DNA of 51,037 bases from Girardia tigrina (taxonomy: Eukaryota), in contig MQRK01217395.1 of the NCBI GenBank assembly GCA_001938485.1, forward strand, positions 23,223 to 74,259, read 5' to 3'. Below, piece by piece: positions 23,770-36,455 of this stretch. The position numbers were made by a program, and so were the translations under genes. The notes under the pieces were generated by a model. The model was not told the DNA's origin and made no database searches. It saw only the letters and a list, made by a program, of their open reading frames with translations. The stretch's first letter is position 1. Every line of letters starts with the position of its first letter.

Positions 23770-24660
23770 GCCGACCAAATGAATGAAAAAATCCAATTCT
23801 GGGAGTTTATCGAAGAGAATAACTGGTTCGGAATCAGCACGACGAGGCGCATCCAATGATACTCCGCCGCCGATTAATGCAGAAAAAGTGGCTGAATTGA
23901 TCGAGAAAAGTGTGAAATCAATTATGCTTCAGCTCCAACGTACTTTACAACGAGTCACTATCCATCGAGGAATGGCGCTTTTTACACAGCGCAAGGACTA
24001 ATAGTTTACCAACCAATTATAAGCCGAAAAAACCAAGACAACAATCAATGTGCAAGGCATGTGGTCAAGATATAGAAAACAGATCCATGTTCTATGTTGG
24101 TGTAAATCCAACAGCACTCTGATATAGGTGAGACATAATGCAAACACAGAAATCTTCACATATGCTTTTCTTGCAGAGAAACCAATTTTAAAAATCATCA
24201 TGAATAGAGAGTGTGATTGGTCTGTATCGGGAAGCCGGGTTGATTTACAAGTTTATAACCATGGAACCAAAGAACTCTGGCTTATAGATATAAAAACCCC
24301 TTATGATACAATCAAAGCATTTAAAGATGCCAGAGATAACACCAAAAAGAAATATAAAAGTCTGCTAACTGAATCAAAGGTGACTCATAAAGGATGAACT
24401 CTAATATTAAGAGCAATTGTTGTCGGCTGTTTAGGATCTTGGCCCGCCGATAATGACAACCTGCTTAAAAACAAATTACATCTTTCTAGTACAACTATAA
24501 AACATCTAACCAAAATGTGCATAGTGTCGAATATCAAATATTTCAACTCGACATGGCATAAACACAATACCAGTCAATATAACCCACTGATGTCAAATGC
24601 GGTAACAATAAATCTTACCGACACAGTCACGGCAGATGCATCAGTAGTCGGTTAATAACA
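23770..24660 (+). mobile_element. Non-LTR retrotransposon fragment with restriction-like endonuclease (NeSL/R2-group type)
   Basis: CKAC...HVLCWC zinc knuckle (frameshifted), RHN, RVDL..IDIKTPYD..K.KKY, then IVVGCLGSW and S..W..H past a TGA. No RT domain present. Confidence 0.8.
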
Positions 24661-26179
24661 TTAATCTCCAACACAAGTTAAAAATGCTCTACACAGCGAC
24701 CATAGCTTTGAGAATTCAATGTATATCCCAGGATATCTTTACGTATTTCAACTTGAAATTTTGTCTCAATTTTCTTCAAACTTGGCATACTTATTCATTT
24801 TTGATGACAATAAATTATATTGTGAAAATTTCATAAAAAAAAACTTTAAGGTCTCAGAATTGGGAAAAAACGGTTCCATCAGAGTTCTTGAACAATATTA
24901 ATTGAAAAGGATCTACTTATAAATTAAAAGTAGTTAATATTAATTTTTTTATTGTGCTTTCTCTAAATTATTTTTTTAATTAAAATTTTGATGGCAAAGT
25001 AGAGTTCTGTCTGCATAAAGAATGGATATAAAAAATTTAATTTTTTGATTTACTAGTTGCTATACATATTTTTTTGTCTTAAAATGTCGATTATAATAGC
25101 ATTGTGTTAGAAATGACTCAACGGATAATTCTGGAGTTCAATTTCTTAAAAATAAAAGAAAATAGACGCTTGAGAAGAAAATTTATTTAAAATTCAAATT
25201 TTCACAAAAATTATGATTCAGATAAACAAATTGTTTTTATCACAAATTCTTATTAGTTTTTATAGTGAACTGTTTTTATAAATATGAATATTGGATTTTA
25301 ATATATAGATATATTTATAAATATTAATATTTAATTTTTCTTTGGTCACTACAAATAGTTTTTATAATAGCCCGAGATTTTTAGGAATTTTTATGACTTT
25401 TTTCGTTTTTTTGATACAGATTTATTTTTTTTGTGCGAATTCATAACAATCATTTAAATTAGCGCTCGTTTACCGACACGAATAAATGAGTCTTTCTTAT
25501 CACCGAAAATAATGGCTTTTTCATGAAGTTTGGGTGTTTATTTCTATCATCCACTTTTGCATTTGTTTTTAATGAGATTTTTGATCGTTTAGATTGAGCA
25601 GCCTTTTATGTTGTTGTGGGTTGAGACTCAACACAATTTTTAAAAATAATATAAATTATCAAAAGTATTTTTTACGATGATAAGTATTGGTTTAACTTTT
25701 TATTGAAACTTCTTTTTATACCTTTTTTTAATTGATTAAGGAGTTAGTAATAGGTAATTAAAAAATAGGAGCTCAAAAGGTTAATATGACAAGTATGGAA
25801 CTCATCTTCTTTTCTGTTAGAAATAATAAGAATAAAATTTTTTGAGAGATGTTTTAAGTCAAGAAATCGATATGAATTTGTCTTTTTCTCTTGATTTAAA
25901 AATTTTATTCATAATAAAAACTTGATAATTCTCACCCTTATTTTATTCGTATTCATAAACAATGGTTTGGAGTTCTTCGATGTTTCGGTTATAATCTTAA
26001 TACACTTATTTCATCATCAATAAGTTTATAATTATTTGAATCTATATAATATTTTCCACTTTAAATTAACAATTTAAAAAGTTGTAGGACATTAGAAAGC
26101 TTTTTAAGTCATTAAATATAAATAAATATTTTATATAATTTTAATTAAGATTTTTGAAAATTGAATGTATTTATTTAAA

Positions 26180-26390
26180 CCAACCGCGTTGTATTGTCAG
26201 TCAACATAATAAGTCGAGAGGCCTATTTTTTCGGACTATTTAAAACCAACAATCGTGTAAGTGGATAGTTGTCAGAATTTAAGATTTTGGAAAATATTAC
26301 ATAGATAAACCCAAGAGTTACACTCCAAAATCGAGGTACTAAAGCACTTTGGAATAAGGTAAAATATAATTGTGAACTTGGCATATTATA
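26180..26390 (+). mobile_element. Degenerate Penelope-like endonuclease C-terminal remnant
   Basis: SQH...FGLFKTNN...EFKILE...LQNRG, immediately upstream of (TA)n and the hammerhead-bearing repeats. Confidence 0.4.
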
Positions 26391-26394
26391 ATGC

Positions 26395-26411
26395 TATATT
26401 ATAATTATATA

Positions 26412-26460
<49 letters not shown>

Positions 26461-26490
26461 TATAATTATAATTTTTATGTATATATATAT
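26395..26490. repeat. (TA)n microsatellite
   Basis: Visible TA run. Confidence 0.85.
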
Positions 26491-26527
26491 AGAAAATATA
26501 ATTTGATCAAAGCTTTTTTATATAATT

Positions 26528-26569
26528 ATTGGACATGTTTCGATGTTTATTTACATCATCATCAGCAAT
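26528..26569 (-). ncRNA. Minimal type I hammerhead ribozyme
   Basis: auug CUGAUGA U GAUGU-aaauaa-ACAUC GAAA CAUG UC^caau: intact core, 5-bp stem II, palindromic ACAUGU stem III, 4-bp stem I. Confidence 0.85.
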
Positions 26570-26875
26570 TTTCGGATATTTAGTATATGAATATTGAATT
26601 TGTTTTAATAATACAATTTTAATAGATACATTAACTTTAAAAGGTATATTCAGAATTAAATAATATTATTTAAGTCTTATTGGGTAATACTTGATATTGA
26701 AATACTTAAAATTTTTAATTAAAATATTTTTGCCATTATTCCCCAAAAATACTTTAATAAATAATAATATTTAATTCTGAATATACCTTTTAAAGTTAAT
26801 GTATCTATTAAAATTGTATTATTAAAACAAATTCAATATTCATATACTAAATATCCGAAAATTACTGATGATGAT

Positions 26876-27561
26876 TGTAGTGATCTTCTCAATCAACCAA
26901 AAAAATCCGATTCGAAAAATTGGATTAGAAATAAAAGGCCCGGATAAATCAAAAAAATAATAAAAACAATAACCTTATGAAAATTATTATGTTGTTGTTT
27001 AATCGTATTAATTGAAAAATAAAATATATTGCACAACATGGTCTCTTGTTCGATTTGATTCAATACAGACACTCTATGCTATTTTTAAACAACATTCTCG
27101 CCGCGGGCGTGAGTTTACCGCACGGTCCGTCTCACCAGACGTCGCTCTACTTCATGGTCGCTGTCTACTGCGATCCCACCGGTCCATTCCGACGGGTTCT
27201 AACCGTTCGCCTCAGGACACAGGTCGGTCCCTACCGATATTCAGACTTCGCGCCGGGTCTGCGCGCTCCGTCCCTGGTGGGTCAACCGATCGCCGAATCC
27301 ACCAGAACGCTCCCCTCGACAGACGGTATCGATTCAATTGATGTGCTGTCGGGGATTGAGATCCCCGCCCAACAGTCGATAGGGGGATCGATCGACGGTC
27401 CCGTTGATCCTTTCGGTGGGGCCAATCGACCGAACGAACCGATGATGGACTGGCTGCACCCACGACTCGTGTCGACTGACGAGACACTGGTTGGTCCGGC
27501 GTTGCTTCTCACGTTTGAATGGCTGGGAATCCGGCGACTTCCGTTGGATGTCAGACCCACA
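26876..27561. mobile_element. Solo LTR (686 bp)
   Basis: TGTAG...CCACA termini and a 5-bp TSD atgat/ataat (1 mismatch). Removing it restores the interrupted repeat. AT-rich then GC-rich layout resembles the LTR at 43405. Confidence 0.8.
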
Positions 27562-27657
27562 ATAATGTTTATAAACATCGAAACATGTCCGATAAATATA
27601 TAAAAAAAGCTTTAATCAAACTATATTTAATGAGTGATCTTCAACCAAATATATATA

Positions 27658-27888
27658 CAGTCTTTGAAAAAAGTTTATGGATTTTTCAATTTTTTTCATT
27701 TTTTTTGATACATCTGTTATTTTTACCGTCGAAATACGATTATAACTATCACAATGTTTATTATATTTCAAAATTATAAATGGCTTGTGGTAAGAAGGAA
27801 AATTTAAACAAGCAGTTTCAAAGAAGAGTTTTGGAAGATGTTTTCTTTTTCAAACATTTGAAAAATCCATAAATCTTTTCCAAAATTG
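27658..27888. mobile_element. Tc1/mariner-type MITE
   Basis: TA|cagtctttgaaaaaagtttatggatttttcaa ... ttgaaaaatccataaatcttttccaaaattg|TA. Confidence 0.7.
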
Positions 27889-28890
27889 TATATTTATATA
27901 ATTAAGCTTCAAACCACAACAAAAATATCTGGCAACAAAAAATCTCATTTTAAGAAGCAATTCTTTGCTACTATCTTTTAAAAGTAGAAAAATTTACAAT
28001 ATCCAATTTAAAATTTAATCTAGAAATTCCGAAAAAATTCCGAGTTTGTTCGCACGAAGTATTTCTCAAACTGATAATACTTAATTTTTTATTAATTTAA
28101 AAATTTTTTATAAACTTCAAATCTTTTGTCTTTCAGACTCGAGTGAAACCTAAACTCTGCAATCTCAACTTTCAATTTGACCAAGCGTCAGTCAAAATAT
28201 TACTAAAAGATAAATCCTGGTATGTTGGATTTTGTCAAAACGGTTTTCCTCTCACATATCGCAATAAAAATTCCAAATGCAATTCAAACAAATCTATTTT
28301 CTTTTCTTTCATGTTATATCAACCTCCACACCCATCTTGTCTGTCCAAGTGCAAAGGGTATCCTTCCCGATCCGCTTCCACATGTCCTACCTCTTGTCGA
28401 CATTCACTACTCAGTTCGAATCATGAAGTTCAAAAAGGTGTTTTATATCACAGTTCAGGTGCTAAAAAAATTTTAGAATTGTTCAAGAAAATTCGACAAA
28501 GATAATATATTTTTATTGAAGAACAATTCTACCTCCATAGAAAATATTTACGGTGCCTAGAAATATATCAAAATTAATTATTATATATTGGATGTTTGTT
28601 TATTTTAATCAAGATTTTGTGACTTGGACTTTTAATATCGATTTAGTACAAAATCATTTAATTTTTACATGAATAAATTATAAATATCATTTACACCTTT
28701 TATTTTAAATATAACTGATATTAATATTTTTTTGATGCTCTGAATTATTTTATGGCATGCATATCAGGAAAACGTTCTTTAAACTCGCAAACCCCTTAAA
28801 AGATTCGAGGATCATTTGCTCTTATAGTACTAAAATGTGTTTCGAAATTCAAACTTTAACAAGTGATCAAAACATTATCAGTTTATTTAA

Positions 28891-29122
28891 CCCATTAACG
28901 CCGAACGGGAACATTCGTGTCCAGCTAATAAAAATGGCTGTAAAAGTAAAGACATTGCATTTAGCTATGTTTCGTTGATAAGGTGTGTACTCTGAAGGTT
29001 CAGAACACATACGGAACATGTTTTGTTTCTCTGTCACCAGACATGCATGCGCAGTAGCCGGCTGACCTTGACCAAGAAAGGTCATGAAAAATTCATATTA
29101 CATAATTCTCGACATTAATGGG
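28891..29122. mobile_element. piggyBac-type MITE
   Basis: TTAA|cccattaacgccga ... tcgacattaatggg|TTAA. Confidence 0.85.
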
Positions 29123-30779
29123 TTAAGCTGGTTTATTTTTGAATTTCAAAAATAGTACCTCGTAGTTATAAAAGAAAGAGGTCCAAAATCAAATTAAATT
29201 CGTTGAGAACTGTTTCCTTTATAATCACATTACAATAAAGAGATAAATAAATAATTAGCTGAGAGTGGTTAATCAACAAAATTTATATTAATAAGTAACT
29301 AAAAACTGAAGGTTAAAAGAAGAAGTTTAGTCGATCACAAAACAGGAACACAGAATTTAGGAAGTTCAAAAATATTATGTTTCTTCTTTGATCTTGATGA
29401 GGTAATGAGATCGTCAAAATTGATGATTCATAATGAATACAAGTATGAAGTAAGTTGGATTATTCACTTCTTGATAATTGACCAATTGAATTTCTTCAAT
29501 CTTCTTTTAGTCTTTCGATTTAATTAATCGGATGTCAAGAATAGTAAGAGAATTTGTCAGAAAGAGAAAAAAAAGCAAAAAATCGATATAGCGATCGATA
29601 TTGCTATCCTGCATTTATCATATATTATACATATAATATAATTATGATTTCTGCTTGTGTGAAGTTCCCGATGATTAAATTGATTCGTTTAAACAACGAC
29701 GGGAAGTTTACCAATTGCCTGATTTCCGTAATGCCCCGACACATTTAAGTCATTATTTAGGATCTACCCTGAAGCATATGAATTTTAATACGGATTCGGG
29801 GGAAAGTCAGTCGCAATCCCGGATGCGGTTTCATAATGCCCGGAGTTTTTTGAATAGGAAATAATTGATTTAGGTGAGGCGGATTTTTAACCGAATTATA
29901 ATTACTGCTATTGGCCAGGATATGATAAAACTCTGGCGGAAAATTCATTCGTGAATGTGACATTTTTTATGAAATACAAAATTTAAGTTAAAGTTTCTTT
30001 TTACTTATTATAAAAAAATTAAATTAAAAGATTAATATTTAAAAAAATTGAAAAATTAAACACCCAATTCGAAACAATAAACAAAAAATTATAACTACGA
30101 TTTATAAATTAAATCAGAAACTTTCAAAGACGAAAATTTAAATCCCTCGTCATACATGACGAGTCTTTTTCTAGTAATATAATATGTATTAATAATAATA
30201 ATATGAGATTAAAAATAATTTTAATATAATAATAATAATTAATTGAATTATATAAATAAAAATAATAGTTTTTGTGCCAAAAAATGGTCACTACAGTTAG
30301 GAAGACCACACGACATTTGTACCCTTTGACTTTATCAAGTTCTATGAAGATTTCATTGAATGAATAATGAATTAATTTCTTTGATTAATCTAATGTTGAG
30401 GATTTTAAGAAACAAGATATTATTATTATTTTTATGCTCTAATTTTTAATGTGAACTCAGGGTCACAATAAATCTTCAAAGACTTTTGAAAAATGTAGAT
30501 GTATTATTTCTTTTTCCTATTTAGTAAGATTTCTTGAAACGATAATTTCAGAGTTTCAAACCTGGCTAAACCTTTTAAGTAGTTAAGACATAATTAGGGT
30601 ACAATAGGTTTAGAATACATTGTCAACAAAAGTTACTGATTCGCGTTGTCAATGTCAAATGTAACATGATGAGGCGAACAAACGAAAATTAAAAAAATCA
30701 TCAATAATTCAAGTTGATTGCAGGTTAAAATTTCGACTTAAAATAGTTCAAACGATGTGTGAAAAGTTTCATATCAAAT

Positions 30780-31990
30780 CGAGAAATCGATTTCCTAGAT
30801 AGGTTGCGAGAGACAGATGTGGTAATATTTTACAATGGAAAATATGCACAGAAGGATCGGAAAAACTACTGGGGTATTTTTCTTTTAGATGTAGAGAAAA
30901 AATACTGGACAGGATTATTGACAACAGGATCAACGCAATAGCAGAAAATTTACTGCATATGGGACTATTTGTATTACAGCTGAAACGAAAGAATCGTTGC
31001 TTTCACTATCTTACATCAAATACGAGAGAAAATGGGATAAAAAGGGCATCGTTATTTTCGTCGGCTTGGAGAAGATATTCAATAGTGTCCACCGAGAGTC
31101 TATCTGGGAATTTTTGTTAGAGACTAGGAATAAGAGGTAGAACGTTCGAGGTTATCAAGTCTTTCCAAGAGGGATTTAAGGGTTTCATAACGAAGGAAAT
31201 TTTTAAAATAGTCAATATAGTACCAAAAGGTTGTGTATTAGATACGGTCTTTCTTCGTAAATGATGCTCTGATCACATATTTTCGATTTTTGGATGAACC
31301 AATATACAGTTCAGCATTATATTGACTAGACTATTGTCATTATATGATCAAGTCAAGGAGAAAAAACGATTGGACGATATCGGTACCGGTGGGAAGATTC
31401 GAGCCGAGAAAGACGACAAAGGCGAAGTGAAATTTATGATACACGTCTAGAGTGAAAAGGAAGAAGATATTAATAAGATCCGAAAATGCGTGAAAATCCA
31501 GAGTGATGTCGACAATGAATTATTTGCGAATGGCCATCCAGAGTGATGGGATTAGATCTAATAGTGAGATAAAATTAGTGTTAGACGCAACAGTTCACAG
31601 TCACGTAACTGCACAAACTTTACTAACACCACCACCATTTCCGGTAGCAGAGCGTAGTTGCGGCGCTCTGGTGTTGGTTGTCCTGAATCTAGGTCACAGT
31701 GTCAGTCTCGGTTATTCTTATCTTCATGGAATACGTCTTCTGCATGTTTTTAAAATTTGAATATGTCTGTTGAATGTTTTCTCATATGAGAATAGGATGT
31801 TTACAAATTGCGAATGTCACCATGAATGTTGTAAAATACATGCACGAGCTTCAAGAAATGAGCTATACCTACAAAAAATTGGGTGCAGCACCGGGTTAAG
31901 GCCTATCCATCGGATTGTAATGAATGATGATGGCTTTAGAGAAAGGAGCAACGATCCCGGGTAGAGACACCTTCAATACACGCAAATTTT
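30780..31990 (+). mobile_element. Degenerate non-LTR (RTE-like) reverse transcriptase remnant
   Basis: FVGLEKIFNSVHRESIWE..LGI resembles FxDLEKAFDSVxRxxLW. Many stops and frameshifts. Confidence 0.55.
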
Positions 31991-33167
31991 TATTAAAACA
32001 TTAACAGGGAGACCATTGTCTAGGAGATCGAGACAAATGATACTGTTTAACTATAATTATCATATGACCTTTATTTATATTTTTTAAACTGTAACATTAG
32101 TATCAATTAGTATATTATTTGTATATATTATGATATTTAAATTTATTATCTCAGTTTATTATTTATATAAATTATTTTAAATCTTTACTTACATTCTGTA
32201 GAATGATACATATGATTATGTGTTTTACTGCTGTGTGATATTAAAATAGTTGTTTTAATATTCACTTTTTTAAAATTTATCGTGTAATCATTTTCATTGA
32301 CTAATAAATCGTTATGCTGTCTTCTCGCGTATTTTTGGTTCTAGTGTTCGAACCACATATTCGTAAAATTATATTATCATTATTATAATATTAAATTAAT
32401 TTATCATCATAACGACACTACGTTGTGATTAAAAATTAAATTTAAAAATTAAAAATCAATACATTTTATTAAACTTTACTACTTACTATAAATATTCATT
32501 CTCTCTATTTTGAAATTTACTCCAAAAATATTTTGTTCCTGAGAATACGAAACTAACACTAATAAAAGTCCGTTGTCCGATTTATTATCGCTACTATTGA
32601 ACCTGTTAACAATTTGATTTCAGAAAGATGATTATATTTTCTATCAAATTCTCACTGACCAAAATCAGTAATATCTTATGATATTAGTATTATGAAATCA
32701 GTAATATCTCTTACAACTTAAAGTTTTATCTGACGATTTTACTCAAATCTTAATCATTTTTTTGTAATCACTTGTAACAAAGACAGAACTTTGTATCCAC
32801 ACAAGTAACTAATTGTTTGTTATTAATTTCCTGAAACACACTTCATTTTTTTGTGATTTCATCATATGACACCTTTTTAATCCTTCCGTTGTTAGTTATA
32901 TAGTTTATAATCAAATTAAATTAAAATAATAGATCAATTCATTCATTTTATCACATTAAATTGTTGCAAAAAATGCAGGTTTTTGATTTTTTTTGTATTT
33001 ACTGCAATGCTATACGACTAAAGCATGTCTGATGTTATGAGCCATTCAAAAGCTTAATTTATACTCTTTCAGATATATTTGTCTAAAACTTATGATTGGG
33101 TTGTTCGGAAAGTCATTTCGTTTTTTATATTAAAGTAAAAGACAAATTTTTATGACGAATAAATATT

Positions 33168-34194
33168 TTATTGAAATACATATTGACCATTGTGGTCCAA
33201 TACCTTCTTCCATCTTCTTGGTAGTGACATGATTTCGCGTTCATAAAATATTTGTTCTTTGCTGCTATAAAACTTTTCCAAATGATTTTTAACATTTTCA
33301 TTTGATCCAAAAGCGTTACCATCTAAATAATTTTGTAGAGAACGGAACAAATAATAATCAAAAGGTGATAGGTCTGGAGAATATGGTGGGTGAGGCATGA
33401 TATTCCATCCAAGCTGTAAAAGCTTTTGGCGAGTTAGCTAACTTGTTTGAGGTCTGGCATTATCTTGGTGAAACACTACACCTTTTCTATTGATCAATTC
33501 TGGCCTTTTCTGTTTAAGGGATTCATTTAATTTGTCCAGCTGATGACCGTAGACGTCTGAATTGATCATAGTTTTGTCCGTAAGAAGCTCATAAATACGA
33601 TTCCTTTGAAATCCCACCAAACACATAGCATCACTTTTTTTTGATGAATGTCAGCTTTCGAAGTGTTTTGAGCAGGTTGATCTTTTTAACTCCAAGATCT
33701 CTTGCGTTTTACGTTATTTTAGACTATCCATTTCGCATCTTCAGTGACGATGCGCTTCAAAAATGGATCATTTTCTTGACGTTTGAGCAGCATATCGCAG
33801 ATGTCTAAACGACAGCATAAATTTTTTTCGGTAAGATTATGAGGAATCCATGTGTCGAGTTTTGATGTAAAACCTAGGCGTTTCAAATGATCATGGACGG
33901 TCGAAATAGATAAATGTAATGTCTGGGCAATTTCGCGAGTTGTTATTCGCGGGTTGAATCAATTAATGCCTTTATTATGTCTTCGTCGGGCTCAATGGGC
34001 CTTCCGGAACGTGAAGAATCTGCAACATCAAAATTTCTGGATCTAAATTTTTTAAATCAGTTTTGGCATTTGTGTTCTGTCAACAAATCTTCTCCATACA
34101 CTTCGCATAATTTTCTTCTTGCTTGTACAGCATTTTTACCTTTTCGGAAGTAAAAAAGTAATACATGTCGTAAATGTTGATTCTTGCTTTCCAT
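33168..34194 (-). pseudogene. Mariner transposase pseudogene
   Basis: MESKNQHLRHVLLFYFRKGKNAVQA..., WIPHNL, FHQDNARP, HPPYSPDLSPFDYYLF. Contains stops and frameshifts. Confidence 0.92.
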
Positions 34195-34734
34195 CTTTGA
34201 TAGGTCAAAAATCAAATATAAGTGTTTTTAATTATTCCAAAATTTTCCAAATCTAACCTTGATTACCAACTGCTAAAATAAATAATATAGTCATTGATTA
34301 TTAATATAAAAAATACATTTAAAACAAGTGTGGCGCTTCGATTTTCCTTGAATAATCAAATGATTTAAATTTTACAAATTTCAATAATGAAAATAACATT
34401 AAATTTTTTTTACTATTTTACTTAAAAAATTATTAATCAACTAATTTATTCGAAGCACATTTTCCTATAAAAAATTATTCAGAAATGCCTAAATTAGTTG
34501 GAAAAAAAATTTAAATCAAAAAAATAATTAAATCAACGAAAATAAAATTCAAATAAAAAAACGTTTTTTTGTTTGAATAAACAGAATTACCGAAAATGTC
34601 GAAGTCAAAAACTGTAGAACAACGAGGGATCTCAATCGCAAACGAATATTTTCATTTTAATAAATTTTGTAGCAGGGTTCTTTACCTTTTTTATTTCCCT
34701 CACACGAGAAGGGTGATCGAGCCCACCACATTAT

Positions 34735-34746
34735 TGGTGTCAGAAG
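34735..34746 (+). promoter_or_regulatory. Primer-binding site, tRNA-Leu-like
   Basis: tggtgtcagaag 4 nt after the 5' LTR, complementary to a tRNA 3' end ...CUUCUGACACCA. Confidence 0.75.
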
Positions 34747-35521
34747 CTATCAAGAACCCGATTCCGGCGACCAGAACTTCAATTGTGTCAAAAATCAACA
34801 CGAATTCGATTCCGGCGACCTCAACACTCATCTATTTCTCATCAGCAATGCCGATGACTCGATATGAGCCAACAATCGCCACCGATCGTTTCTCTGTGGA
34901 TGCCGACAGACAACCAGGTTGTCACAATCAATTCCTTCGATCTGGAAACTGCATTCTGGTTCATCAAATCAACCCTCAACTCTATTTACTGAGACTCCGG
35001 ATACCGACAGCCACTGCTAAACTTTCGACGCTTACTGACACAGCGGCTCTTCAGGTTTGTCCGATTGATTTTGGCATTTCTTCATTGAATACTAAATTAT
35101 CCGGAAATTGTGTCTTCGACATTTTATATAAATATTTTACTAATTTTTTCTATAATAATTCCTCTAATAATTACATTAATATTAAAAAATCTTTATACGT
35201 GATGGAATGGTTTGATTTTTCGGGGGGAATTGAGTGACTATAGATGCTTTTCTTTTTCTCTGCGTACAACACACATGGCATCACGTTCCCAACCGTTAGT
35301 TATCACATAAATATTTTCTTAAGCATGACATCGGGAACATGTGAATTATCTGTGGCGGTTACATCATCGATCAACGACACCATCCTCTTATTATCACACA
35401 TTCGCGGTTATCAAATCTGGTTGTCTTGGCACACAAAACCATTGCGTCCACACCTCACATGGCTTGGCTACGGTATACAGAATCAGTCCTACATAACTGT
35501 TAACGATACTATACCGGGGGG

Positions 35522-36455
35522 ATGAATGACTCAACGACACATTTACAAGACATCAACGCCATTTCACTACCACCAACACCGCCACCGTACTTTTTAGACA
35601 AAGACGGAACACCACAAGGTTGGTTAAGAATTCTGGAAATGAGGTTCCACATACAGCGAATCACTAGCCAAGTCGCCATGTTCCACCATTCATTATATGT
35701 GATTCCACCCGAACTTCTGCAATCTGTTTCACCACACATTACGACGATCGGCACACACGATAAACATTTTGAAGAATTAAAAAAACACATTCTCCGATGT
35801 TTTCAACCTTCAATCGATGAAATTTTTGCCACATACTTCAAATCACAACACATCGGTCACCAGAAACCATCTTACTTTTTAAACAAGATCGTGACAGACT
35901 TAGAAACTATACACCCAGGAATCACTAATGGACCTCATTTCGATCTACTTAAGCGTTTTTTTTCTGCGGTCACTTACACCACTGGCTCAAGCCGTTCTTG
36001 CTGGCACTAATGTCACCGATCTTACTGAACTTGCCAAAATTGCAGACAAGATCATGGCCACACAACCGACCGAATCAAACACATGTTTTGCTGTGAACAC
36101 ACAATAGTCACAATTAACCTCAACCACACCACCAGATACACTCTCTACATAAATTGAGGCATTACAGACACAAATGCAAACAATCACGACACAAATAACG
36201 GCACTCAGTGCCATGAGGTCACGAAAATCCCATCAGAGACGTCCAACAACAAGCCAAAATAGATCACCCAGTGCAAACGTGTGTTGGTATCATTCGAAGT
36301 TCGGTCGAGAGGCAAGGAAATGCCTGCCAGGATGCACCTGGAAGGACCAAACAAACGAATTTGAAATGGACACAGTCTGTGTTCATCACTCCCGTCTAGG
36401 GGATCAGGCGAAACGATGCGCGCCTGGCTGTACTTATAAGTCGTCAAAAAACTAG
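35522..36455 (+). pseudogene. gag: Gypsy gag (disrupted) with two CHCC motifs
   Basis: PPYF..GTPQGWLRILEMRF..ITSQ..MF; CWYHSKFGREARKCLPGC and CVHHSRLGDQAKRCAPGC. Frameshift near 35960 and stops near 36105 and 36150. Confidence 0.85.

Larger units (their letters stand above)
26497..27626. repeat. Inverted pair of Penelope-type pseudo-LTR segments (left arm ~26497-26672; right arm ~26759-26875 + 27567-27626)
   Basis: The arms are near-perfect reverse complements and each contains a hammerhead motif. The right arm is interrupted by a solo LTR. Confidence 0.8.

Noticed and set aside
27012-27603. Overlapping ORFs up to 185 aa on both strands
   Set aside because: They lie within the GC-rich part of a solo LTR with TG...CA ends and TSD; no protein motif.
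28324-28460. Minus-strand frame with three in-frame TGA and no TAA/TAG (possible Sec/Trp recoding)
   Set aside because: No SECIS seen, the neighbouring block has TAA stops, and PTBP gives no hint of a variant code; likely chance.
34596-35525. 213-aa and 93-aa ORFs before gag
   Set aside because: They span the LTR, PBS and 5' leader with no recognisable domain; probably incidental.
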